Source: an uncultured virus (IMG/VR IMGVR_UViG_2513020035_000002)
Taxonomy: Duplodnaviria > Heunggongvirae > Uroviricota > Caudoviricetes
Length of the DNA: 20,000 nt
Direction: 5' to 3' (one strand)
Virus record (IMG/VR): IMGVR_UViG_2513020035_000002
Position numbers and translations under genes: made by a program. The notes under the pieces were generated by a model. It saw nothing but the letters and a program-made list of their open reading frames with translations, was not told the DNA's origin and made no database searches. Below are positions 11,536-18,659 of the stretch, one piece after another. Each line of letters begins with the position of its first letter. Positions within the stretch are counted from its first letter, which is position 1.

Positions 11536-12379
11536 ATGGATAAGAATATCGCCAGCGCCATGCTTCTGCGCCTGAATAAACAAGACCAAATAGAAGCTTT
11601 AAAGTCAATAGGTTTTACAACTGTAAATGAAAACACCCCCGCAAGCGACATCGCCAAATATATGCAATGGGCAGGTACGCTTCTTGACCTTTCTTTGGCT
11701 ACTCTCCGAATTGAAGACGGTGAACAAGTCTTTTTCACGGCTTCCGAATGGAACTCCATGAGCGCAAATAACCGCTCCAAGTATATCCGTATTGGCATCC
11801 GACTTCGTGCCGAATGCCACCAGTTCATTATCGCCAAAAGTGACTGCGTTGACGCAGGCGGCAACAAAACGTTCAAATGGGGTGGCTACGGAACCGACCT
11901 ACGCGGCCTGAAAAACTACGGTAGTGGTAACCAAGAACTCTATGATACCTTCGACGGCAAAGAAAATACCGATGTTATAATAGAAACCCTTGCAGGCGTC
12001 AAGGACACCCAGGGAACTGTCGGCGCCCCTGCCGCCGAAGCTGCCAGAGCCTATAAAGCCTGTACGCTTGAATCTGACGGAATTGAAGATACAACCGTGT
12101 GGAACCTGCCCGCACTGGGTGAACTTATGCTTATGGCCAAGTATAAAACCGAAATCAATGAGCTCATAACTTCTATGTTTGGCAATCAAAATATATTTAC
12201 AAACGACTGGTATTGGTCTAGTACCGAATATGACGCTTCCAGCAGTTGGTACGTGTACTTCATCGGCGGCTACGTCAACACGTACTACCGCCAGTACGCG
12301 TACCGGGTTCNNNNNNNNNNNNNNNNNNNNNNNNNNNNNNNNNNGTCCCCTCGCCGCAATAAACACTTTATCCCTTTAA
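11536..12379 (+). CDS. DGR target protein: C-type-lectin-fold (DUF1566/Lcl-like) receptor-binding protein with C-terminal variable region
   Basis: ATG 11536 (MDKNIASAMLLRLNKQ) aligns with the paralog start. Motifs WNLPALGEL and WYWSSTEY. Removing the N-run 12311-12344 gives ...YRVRPLAAINTLSL, ending at TAA 12377-12379. Confidence 0.85.
12235..12359 (+). repeat. DGR variable region (VR)
   Basis: Matches 13034-13157 except at 10 positions, all adenines in the TR copy (AAC to TAC x7, ATC x1, GGC x1). Ends in the GC-rich element CGTCCCCTCGCCGCA. Confidence 0.95.
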
Positions 12380-12408
12380 TTCTTTATCCCTTAGAGGGTT
12401 AGCTAAAT

Positions 12409-12430
12409 AAAAGCCCCGGTAGGGGCTTTT
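12409..12430 (+). promoter_or_regulatory. DGR target-recognition hairpin/cruciform, possibly also a terminator
   Basis: AAAAGCCCC-GGTA-GGGGCTTTT is a perfect 9-bp inverted repeat about 50 nt after the VR. The GGTA loop fits the GRNA loop described for phage DGR hairpins. T-rich sequence follows. Confidence 0.8.
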
Positions 12431-12533
12431 TAGTTTCACTTTTTTGTGCTAAAATTGTGTTAATTGCTTTACAGTTATTNNNNNNNNNNCTTTGTGTCCT
12501 CTAATACATACATTAAAATATTGAAAAATTAAC

Positions 12534-12941
12534 ATGGCACTTACACAAGACCTTCCTATATCAAATTCGATGTATAAGCTTCTGAACCTTATCATTGATG
12601 CCCGGCAACAATTCCCCAAGGCGTTCCGGTATGAATTTGGTACGGAGTTGATGATGCTTGCCGTCCATTGTTGCGAATATATCCGTTATGCAAATACAGA
12701 TATGAACCTTGAGCACCGTGCAGATTATCTGATGAAGTTTTTGTGTGAGTTTGATGCATTGAAATTACTGCTAAGAGTGTGTGAAGAACGACATTTGACC
12801 AGCCTGACTCAAACTGCCGAAATCTGTCTGCTTGCAGAGAGCATCGGTAAGCAAAGTACCGGTTGGTACAAAAAAACGGTTGCAGATCTCCAACGGCAAA
12901 AAGCTAACGGATCGCAACAAGTCGCAAAGCCGGAGTCATAA
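12534..12941 (+). CDS. avd: DGR accessory variability determinant (Avd-like four-helix-bundle protein)
   Basis: 135 aa, helical, with LPI...YKLL...FPKAFRYEFG...IGKQSTGW pattern typical of bAvd/four-helix-bundle proteins. Sits between VR and TR. Confidence 0.85.
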   Translation: MALTQDLPISNSMYKLLNLIIDARQQFPKAFRYEFGTELMMLAVHCCEYIRYANTDMNLEHRADYLMKFLCEFDALKLLLRVCEERHLTSLTQTAEICLLAESIGKQSTGWYKKTVADLQRQKANGSQQVAKPES

Positions 12942-12955
12942 TCGCCAAGGGGATT

Positions 12956-14410
12956 ATGAGTGAGCAATTAGAATTATTTATTGGGCATCCCCCCGGTGAT
13001 GAGCCGGGAAAGACTAAGATAGCGGATGCAACGGCTTCCAGCAGTTGGAACGTGAACTTCAACAACGGCAACGTCAACACGAACAACCGCCAGAACGCGA
13101 ACCGGGNNNNNNNNNNNNNNNNNNNNNNNNNNNNNNNNNNTCGTCCCCTCGCCGCAACAGGTAATATAATCTATGACATACTTCTTAGCAGTATTTTCGA
13201 AGCATCCGAAGATTGTGCCAGGCAGAAAAGAACGAGTACGGATTGTGTTGAGTTTTATAATGATTATCAGTCCGCATTGGTGCGGCTATGGTATTCTATT
13301 ATTTACGGTGAATATGTACCGGACTTTTCAAAAGTATTCATACGGACTTACCCGGTATATCGGGAGGTTTTTGCCGCCGCTTTCATTGATCGTGTTGTCC
13401 ATCACTGGATCGCTCTTCGTATCGAGCCGATTTTAGAGGAACGTTTTCGGGAACAAGGGAACGTCTCGAAGAACTGCCGGAAAGGTGAGGGATGTCTGTC
13501 TGCCGTGCACTATCTGAATAACATGATAGTCGAGGTCAGTGAGAATTATACTGCCGATGCGTACATTTTCAAAGATGACCTGTTCAGTTTCTTCATGTCT
13601 ATCTCGAAATCGTTGGTATGGGAAATGCTGAACATATTCGTAAGGGACAATTATAAAGGCGATGATATTGAATGTCTGCTTTACCTTCTAGCCGTTACTA
13701 TCTTTCATTGTCCACAAAATAAGTGTATCAGACGCTCTCCCGTCTCCATGTGGGACAAACTTCCCAGTAATAAAAGTCTGTTTCATAATGACCCTGACAG
13801 GGGAGTGGCTATCGGGAACCTGCCGTCACAACTCATAGCTAACTTCTTGGCGTCTGTTTTCGATTATTATGTAATGGTGATGTTAGGATTCAGGCATTAT
13901 GTACGCTTTGTTGATGACTTTTGTATTGTGGTGAAATCTCCGGAAGAAATATTGTCCAAAGTCCATCTTCTTGATGGTTTCCTGAAAGAACAACTCCTTT
14001 TACGGTTGCATCCACGCAAACTGTATCTTCAGCATTATAAAAAAGGAGTCTTGTTTGTAGGGGCGTTCATTTTGCCTAGTAGAATTTATGTATCTAACAG
14101 GGTGGTTGGTAACACATATAACGCTGTCAGGAAATTTAATAAAATAGCTGAAAATGGATTTGCAGAAGCGTATGTTGAGAAATTTGTGAGTACAATGAAT
14201 TCTTATTATGGCTTGATGAAACACTTTGCAACGTACAATATCCGCCGTAGAATTGCAGCGATGTTACTTCCTGAATGGTGGGAATATGTTTATATCGAAG
14301 GACATTTTGAAAAGTTTGTATTGAAGAATAAATATAACCATAGAAAACAACTAATTAAACATATCAAAAAACATGGATCAAAAAAATATCTTACCGCGTG
14401 GGATTGCTAA
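12956..14410 (+). CDS. DGR reverse transcriptase
   Basis: Motifs REVFAAAFIDRVVHH, DDLFSFFMSI, GVAIGNLPSQLIANF (DGR-type GxxxSQ), YVRFVDDF and GVLFVG. The start position is less certain because the ORF includes the TR. Confidence 0.95.
   Translation: MSEQLELFIGHPPGDEPGKTKIADATASSSWNVNFNNGNVNTNNRQNANRXXXXXXXXXXXXRPLAATGNIIYDILLSSIFEASEDCARQKRTSTDCVEFYNDYQSALVRLWYSIIYGEYVPDFSKVFIRTYPVYREVFAAAFIDRVVHHWIALRIEPILEERFREQGNVSKNCRKGEGCLSAVHYLNNMIVEVSENYTADAYIFKDDLFSFFMSISKSLVWEMLNIFVRDNYKGDDIECLLYLLAVTIFHCPQNKCIRRSPVSMWDKLPSNKSLFHNDPDRGVAIGNLPSQLIANFLASVFDYYVMVMLGFRHYVRFVDDFCIVVKSPEEILSKVHLLDGFLKEQLLLRLHPRKLYLQHYKKGVLFVGAFILPSRIYVSNRVVGNTYNAVRKFNKIAENGFAEAYVEKFVSTMNSYYGLMKHFATYNIRRRIAAMLLPEWWEYVYIEGHFEKFVLKNKYNHRKQLIKHIKKHGSKKYLTAWDC
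13034..13157 (+). repeat. DGR template region (TR)
   Basis: AAC-rich copy of the VR with 10 AAC codons (TGG AAC GTG AAC TTC AAC AAC GGC AAC GTC AAC ACG AAC AAC CGC CAG AAC GCG AAC CGG). Diverges from the VR after GCCGCAA, as expected for IMH versus IMH*. Confidence 0.95.
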
Positions 14411-14651
14411 GCCTATCGAGCAACAGTCGGACGGAACCTGGATTGTGCGTCATCACTTCCGGGTGGTTGGTACCAGTGAGAATGGTGAGGAACTGGTAAC
14501 TTTTGCCAGTTCGGAATATCCCGAGAAACCTACCTTGCAACAGATTCAAAGAAGTATTAACCGTTATCGGGTGTGTCTTACAATGTATGGAGATACGATT
14601 TCAGACGAAATAGAAAAGGTTGATCTTTCCGTGTATATGTTTACGGATTAA
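14373..14651 (+). CDS. Hypothetical protein (92 aa) overlapping the RT 3' end
   Basis: ATG preceded by an A-rich leader, 38-nt overlap with the RT, followed by a terminator. Confidence 0.65.
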   Translation: MDQKNILPRGIAKPIEQQSDGTWIVRHHFRVVGTSENGEELVTFASSEYPEKPTLQQIQRSINRYRVCLTMYGDTISDEIEKVDLSVYMFTD

Positions 14652-14674
14652 TAGTTCAATCTGTTGGTTGTTTT

Positions 14675-14702
14675 AGGGGTGCTTTTCAAGCATCCCTTTT
14701 TT
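14675..14702 (+). terminator. Rho-independent terminator closing the DGR operon
   Basis: AGGGGTGCTT-TTC-AAGCATCCCT followed by a T-run. Confidence 0.75.
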
Positions 14703-14790
14703 ATTTATGGAAAAAGTGAAAATTATAATGTCTTGTTTNNNNNNNNNNTATAGATATTTATCATAGAATTGATTTCCAAGATTTTCCATT

Positions 14791-14824
14791 TTTGTAAAAC
14801 TCGTTATTATACTCAATACATTTG
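14791..14824 (+). promoter_or_regulatory. Putative Bacteroidetes promoter for the lysis cassette
   Basis: TTTG at 14791-14794 and TACATTTG at 14817-14824. The 22-nt spacer is slightly longer than the usual 19-21. Confidence 0.45.
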
Positions 14825-14859
14825 TTCCATACAGAATATTTTATTAATAATTAAACGCT

Positions 14860-15184
14860 ATGAGTATGGGTATAAAAGTATTGTATGATTGGATTTTGCA
14901 ATCTAATCGACCGGCACACGTCAAAGCCGGGATGTTCGTCTTTGTTGTAATGCTTGTTTTCTGTTTCCTTCNNNNNNNNNNNNNNNNNNNNNNNNNNNNN
15001 NNTATTAGGCATTGATTTCTGTAAATCTGCTATTGTTTCTTTTACGACAACCGCCATTGCCGCAATAGTGGTTGAGTACATTCAGAAAAAGTGCGGGTTC
15101 ATCTTTGATTGGCTTGACGCATTAGCTACTGTTTTGCTTCCTGGGCTGATTACTGTGTTTTCAATATTGGTAGTAACTTTATGA
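14860..15184 (+). CDS. Small multi-pass membrane protein (holin/antiholin candidate)
   Basis: MSMGIKVLYDWILQSNRPAHVKAGMFVFVVMLVFCFL joins LLGIDFCKSAIVSF... when the N-run 14972-15002 is removed (CTT C|TA TTA). About three hydrophobic segments. Confidence 0.6.
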
Positions 15185-15749
15185 TTAATATTATGAGATG
15201 GTTATATGAGCTATTTAATGTAGACCAGATACGAATTATTTTCGTTTCGATGTTCAGTTCTCTTCTTGCTTATTTAACGCCGACTAAAGGTTTTCTTATA
15301 GCATTAGTTGTAATGTTTGGATTTAATATTTGGTGCGGAATGAGGGCTGATGGTGTTTCAATTATACGTTGTAAAAACTTTAAGTGGGATANNNNNNNNN
15401 NNNNNNNNNNNNNNNNNNNNNNNNNNNNNNNNAGTTTAAAAATGCCTTGGTTGAACTTCTTCTCTATCTTATAATCATTGAGGTAGTCTTCTCCTTTATG
15501 AGCTTGATAGGAGACGGTGAGAACTCATTGTTAGTTATTAAGACTATTACGTATGTATTTTCTTATGTATATCTTCAGAACGCATTTAAGAATCTGATTA
15601 TTGCTTATCCTAGAAACAAAGGGTTTCGTATAATTTATCATGTAATACGTTTTGAATTTAAGCGGGCTACGCCTACGCACGTACAAGGAATTATTGATAG
15701 AATCGAAAACGAACTAGATAAAGAGGAAAGATATGAAAATATTGATTGA
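15181..15749 (+). CDS. Putative holin
   Basis: Two ORF pieces join as KWD-KFKNALVELL when the N-run 15392-15432 is removed (GAT A|AG TTT). Several transmembrane segments, charged C-terminal tail, directly upstream of and overlapping the endolysin. Confidence 0.65.
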
Positions 15750-16311
15750 TAACGGTCACGGTAGTAATACTCCGGGTAAGTGTTCTCCAGATGGCAGGTT
15801 AAGGGAATACTCTTATACCCGTGAAATTGCTGGGCGTGTAGTATTTGAATTGCGTAAATTAGGTATTGATGCGGAACTGGTCGTGAAAGAGGAAATAGAT
15901 GTTCCTTTGTCAGAACGTTGTAGGCGAGTGAATGAATATAAGACTTCTGAAGCAATTCTTATTTCTATCCATTGCAATGCAGCCGGTAATGGTTCAATTT
16001 GGATGCAAGCACGTGGTTGGGAAGCATGGACCAGTGTGGGGCAGACAAAAGCCGATAAGCTGGCTGATTATCTGTATGGGGCTGCTGAAGAATGCTTGCC
16101 TGGAATGAAGATACGGAAAGATATGGCAGATGGCGATCCTGATAAGGAGAGTAGTTTTTATATCTTGAAGCATACGAAGTGTCCGGCTGTTCTGACAGAA
16201 AATTTGTTTCAGGATAACAGGGAAGATGTGGATTTCCTGCTGTCAGAGGAGGGGAAACGGACTATTGTTTCTCTTCATGTGAAAGGCATTTGTAAATATC
16301 TAGGCATATGA
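15733..16311 (+). CDS. Endolysin, N-acetylmuramoyl-L-alanine amidase (Amidase_3 family)
   Basis: Zinc-amidase motifs ILIDNGHG, RE, LSERC, ISIHCNAA and PAVLTENLF. Confidence 0.92.
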   Translation: MKILIDNGHGSNTPGKCSPDGRLREYSYTREIAGRVVFELRKLGIDAELVVKEEIDVPLSERCRRVNEYKTSEAILISIHCNAAGNGSIWMQARGWEAWTSVGQTKADKLADYLYGAAEECLPGMKIRKDMADGDPDKESSFYILKHTKCPAVLTENLFQDNREDVDFLLSEEGKRTIVSLHVKGICKYLGI

Positions 16312-16778
16312 AGTCGCTTCCGTGGATATTAGTCTGTCTATTGTTGGGTATGATCGTGTGGATGCGTTGTAATCCGCACGATCCGTCAACGGTGTACATT
16401 AAGGGAGATACTGTACATATTCGGGACACATTAAGGGACACAATACTCCAACCGGTAAAAGAAACTCTGAAACGTATCGATACGGTATATTTACCGATCA
16501 TGATAGATATTACCACCGACAGAACCGTAGAAGGAGATTCTATTCCGGTACTTGTACCGATTACAAGTAAAGAGTATAAGACCGATGATTACCGGGCGGT
16601 AGTCAGTGGATATAAGCCCAGTCTTGATTCCATGGAAATATACAGAGACAAGGGATTTATTACTCTTACTCCTTTACAGAAAAAGAAACGTTTGGGATTA
16701 GGTTTACAGATTGGATATGGTTATCCAACAGGTGGATATATTGGGATTGGATTAAATTATAATTTATGGGAATGGTAA
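16308..16778 (+). CDS. Putative spanin-like lysis protein
   Basis: N-terminal hydrophobic helix followed by Cys, DT-rich stalk, C-terminal amphipathic Gly/aromatic beta-strands. ATGA overlap with the endolysin stop. Confidence 0.55.
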   Translation: MKSLPWILVCLLLGMIVWMRCNPHDPSTVYIKGDTVHIRDTLRDTILQPVKETLKRIDTVYLPIMIDITTDRTVEGDSIPVLVPITSKEYKTDDYRAVVSGYKPSLDSMEIYRDKGFITLTPLQKKKRLGLGLQIGYGYPTGGYIGIGLNYNLWEW

Positions 16779-16817
16779 TAATTGTTATTAATTAATGAAA
16801 GCAAATTAATTTTCTTG

Positions 16818-16825
16818 TATATTTG
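16818..16825 (+). promoter_or_regulatory. Putative -7 promoter element for the accessory three-gene operon
   Basis: TATATTTG (TAnnTTTG) in an AT-rich intergenic region. No well-spaced -33 TTTG was found. Confidence 0.45.
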
Positions 16826-16893
16826 TACCCAAATTTTTTGTTTAAATGGTTTTTTATTAGAAAAATGATTTGATAGTATTTTAACGATATGTA

Positions 16894-18333
16894 ATGCAAC
16901 GAAGTATATTAATTGGCAAGAGGAGGTTAATAATCCAAAGACTTGCTCTTAAAAGATATCGGCGCCGAGTCACAAGGAAAAAATATAAGAAGCGTAAAAA
17001 AAAGAGGGAGATAGAAGAATTTGAGAGAAATGCCCCCTATCGAGCTCTTGCAAAGGATGTAAAGTGTTATCAAGATGCGATAAACCTTTTTTTACCTCGT
17101 AATTTAAGTTATATGATGACGAATGAAAAGTGCTTATTTTACTCGAAAAAGATAAAGAGGGGAAAGGTACAGCATCAGTATATACTTGAGGTCCCAAGAG
17201 AGTTCTCTATTATAACTAACCCTGACGAAAGTTATTCGTTTTTACAAAAAATGATAGCTGCGTTTGTTTATCAAACATGTAATACACTATGGATTGATTA
17301 TAAACATTGTATTAAAACGGATCTTCTAACACAAGTATTTCTAGATGCAATTTTGCTTGATATAGATAGATATCATCAACTTTGTAAGAAGGCAAATTTG
17401 TATAAATATATAAATTGGGGAGCTGTTGGTGGAAAGAACTATAATGATGAGAAAATATGTAGAATGGTTAATTCTGTTGGATCTCCCACTGTTCTTATTA
17501 ATAGAAAAGTGTCTTATAAAGAAATTGTGCCTTTTAGATTGCACTGTTTCGATGGTATGAATGTTTCATCTCAGACAAGATTGGTTCAAAAAGAGATTGA
17601 TACAACCAACGTGATTGAATATGTGAATAAATGTTTGGAAAGAGTTAATAAGACTCTTAATTCTAAGGCTTTACGAGAAATGGGATATGTTGTAGGCGAA
17701 ACTTTAATAAATGCTGAAGAACATTCTAGTCTTAATTATCGTTATATGATTGGATACTTCGAGGAATGTAATGATGATAGCAAACATTATGGCGTTTTTA
17801 ATCTTGTTATTATGAATTTTGGTCAGTCGATTTATGAAAAGTTTAAATACCCAATCGATGAGGTAAAACTAAACACTGAATGTCTTTCAAGGATGCAAGA
17901 ACTTTCGGATGCTTTTACTAAGAAACGTTGGTTTAGGACTGCAGAGTTCACTGAAGAAACTTTATGGACATTGTATTCCTTACAACAAGGGGTAACTAGT
18001 GTACCCAATCAGGAACGTGGTAATGGTACTATTCAGTTTATTGAAAGTTTTTTTAAGTTGAAGGGAAATAAAGATGTAGATGATGTGTCTCGTATGTATA
18101 TTCTTTCTGGAAATTCTATCATAGAATTTGACGGGACTTATAGATTGTCTGATTTGAAAGATGATAATGGAGTGCCTCGTGGAATAATATCATTTAATTC
18201 TTCTGGTTCTTTATTGGATAAGCCTGATACTAGATATGTAAGGAGCGTGAATCAGTATTTTCCAGGTACAGCCATTTTTATTCGAATATTGTTAAATGAA
18301 GATGATATAAGAAATGAAAACAAATATAATTAA
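16894..18333 (+). CDS. GHKL/HATPase_c-like ATP-binding protein (anti-sigma-kinase-like) with very basic N-terminus
   Basis: N-box-like GETLINAEEHS, degenerate G1 box IMNFGQSI, G2-like QGVTS...RGNGT and terminal FPGTAIFIRI strand. Confidence 0.7.
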   Translation: MQRSILIGKRRLIIQRLALKRYRRRVTRKKYKKRKKKREIEEFERNAPYRALAKDVKCYQDAINLFLPRNLSYMMTNEKCLFYSKKIKRGKVQHQYILEVPREFSIITNPDESYSFLQKMIAAFVYQTCNTLWIDYKHCIKTDLLTQVFLDAILLDIDRYHQLCKKANLYKYINWGAVGGKNYNDEKICRMVNSVGSPTVLINRKVSYKEIVPFRLHCFDGMNVSSQTRLVQKEIDTTNVIEYVNKCLERVNKTLNSKALREMGYVVGETLINAEEHSSLNYRYMIGYFEECNDDSKHYGVFNLVIMNFGQSIYEKFKYPIDEVKLNTECLSRMQELSDAFTKKRWFRTAEFTEETLWTLYSLQQGVTSVPNQERGNGTIQFIESFFKLKGNKDVDDVSRMYILSGNSIIEFDGTYRLSDLKDDNGVPRGIISFNSSGSLLDKPDTRYVRSVNQYFPGTAIFIRILLNEDDIRNENKYN

Positions 18334-18655
18334 TTTAGAAAACTATAGGACTCAATTGGGTAATGTGAAGTCTAAAGTTTTTACAGGGAGAGATAGAGGG
18401 TTAGATGTTCGTGAGAAAAGTCATATTGATGAACTTTTTAATGAATGTGAAAAAGTGAAATTTGTTATTCCTAATGATATTTTTTCAATAACTCCTTCGT
18501 TCTTGGAAGAACTATTTTTTAATGTTGTTAAGGTGTATGGTAAAGAAAAATTATACGAGAAACTAGACTTGGAAGGTAACATCTATGATTTGCATGAACC
18601 ATTGAATGAAGCAATTGACAGAATTTTACAACGTAAAACAGGATTAGATAAATAA
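18314..18655 (+). CDS. STAS-like (DUF4325-like) protein
   Basis: 113 aa with FTGRDRG..VR and SITPSFLEELF motifs. Overlaps the ATPase gene by 20 nt. Confidence 0.7.
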   Translation: MKTNIINLENYRTQLGNVKSKVFTGRDRGLDVREKSHIDELFNECEKVKFVIPNDIFSITPSFLEELFFNVVKVYGKEKLYEKLDLEGNIYDLHEPLNEAIDRILQRKTGLDK

Positions 18656-18659
18656 GGAA

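Larger units (their letters stand above)
11536..14410 (+). mobile_element. Diversity-generating retroelement cassette (target/VR, hairpin, avd, TR, RT)
   Basis: All canonical DGR components are present in the same order as in Bordetella phage BPP-1, with adenine-specific VR/TR mismatches. Confidence 0.95.

Noticed and set aside
5019..11876. Numerous minus-strand and alternate-frame ORFs of 60-184 aa
   Set aside because: They are shadows of long, GC-richer plus-strand genes and have no recognisable motifs or expression signals.
13049..13102. AAC-rich stretch as a microsatellite or CRISPR-like array
   Set aside because: It is fully explained as the DGR template region and has no repeat-spacer structure.
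12311..13140. Matching 34-nt N-runs in the VR and TR as a hidden insertion
   Set aside because: The VR flanks join cleanly as GTT CGT CCC (V-R-P), matching the VRAV end of the paralog. The gaps most likely reflect assembly trouble at the VR/TR repeat. The 12402 stop in the ORF track is therefore not used.
12956..14410. RT as a group II intron, retron or Abi RT
   Set aside because: The GxxxSQ motif, the adjacent avd and the TR/VR pair identify a DGR RT. No maturase or endonuclease domain or retron VTG motif was seen.
15181..15195. Dual-start (Met1/Met5) holin-antiholin motif
   Set aside because: There is no charged residue between the two Met codons as in lambda S, and nothing else supports it.
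14860..15749. Apparent pseudogenes or split genes in the lysis cassette
   Set aside because: Removing the N-runs restores continuous frames (CTT C|TA TTA and GAT A|AG TTT).
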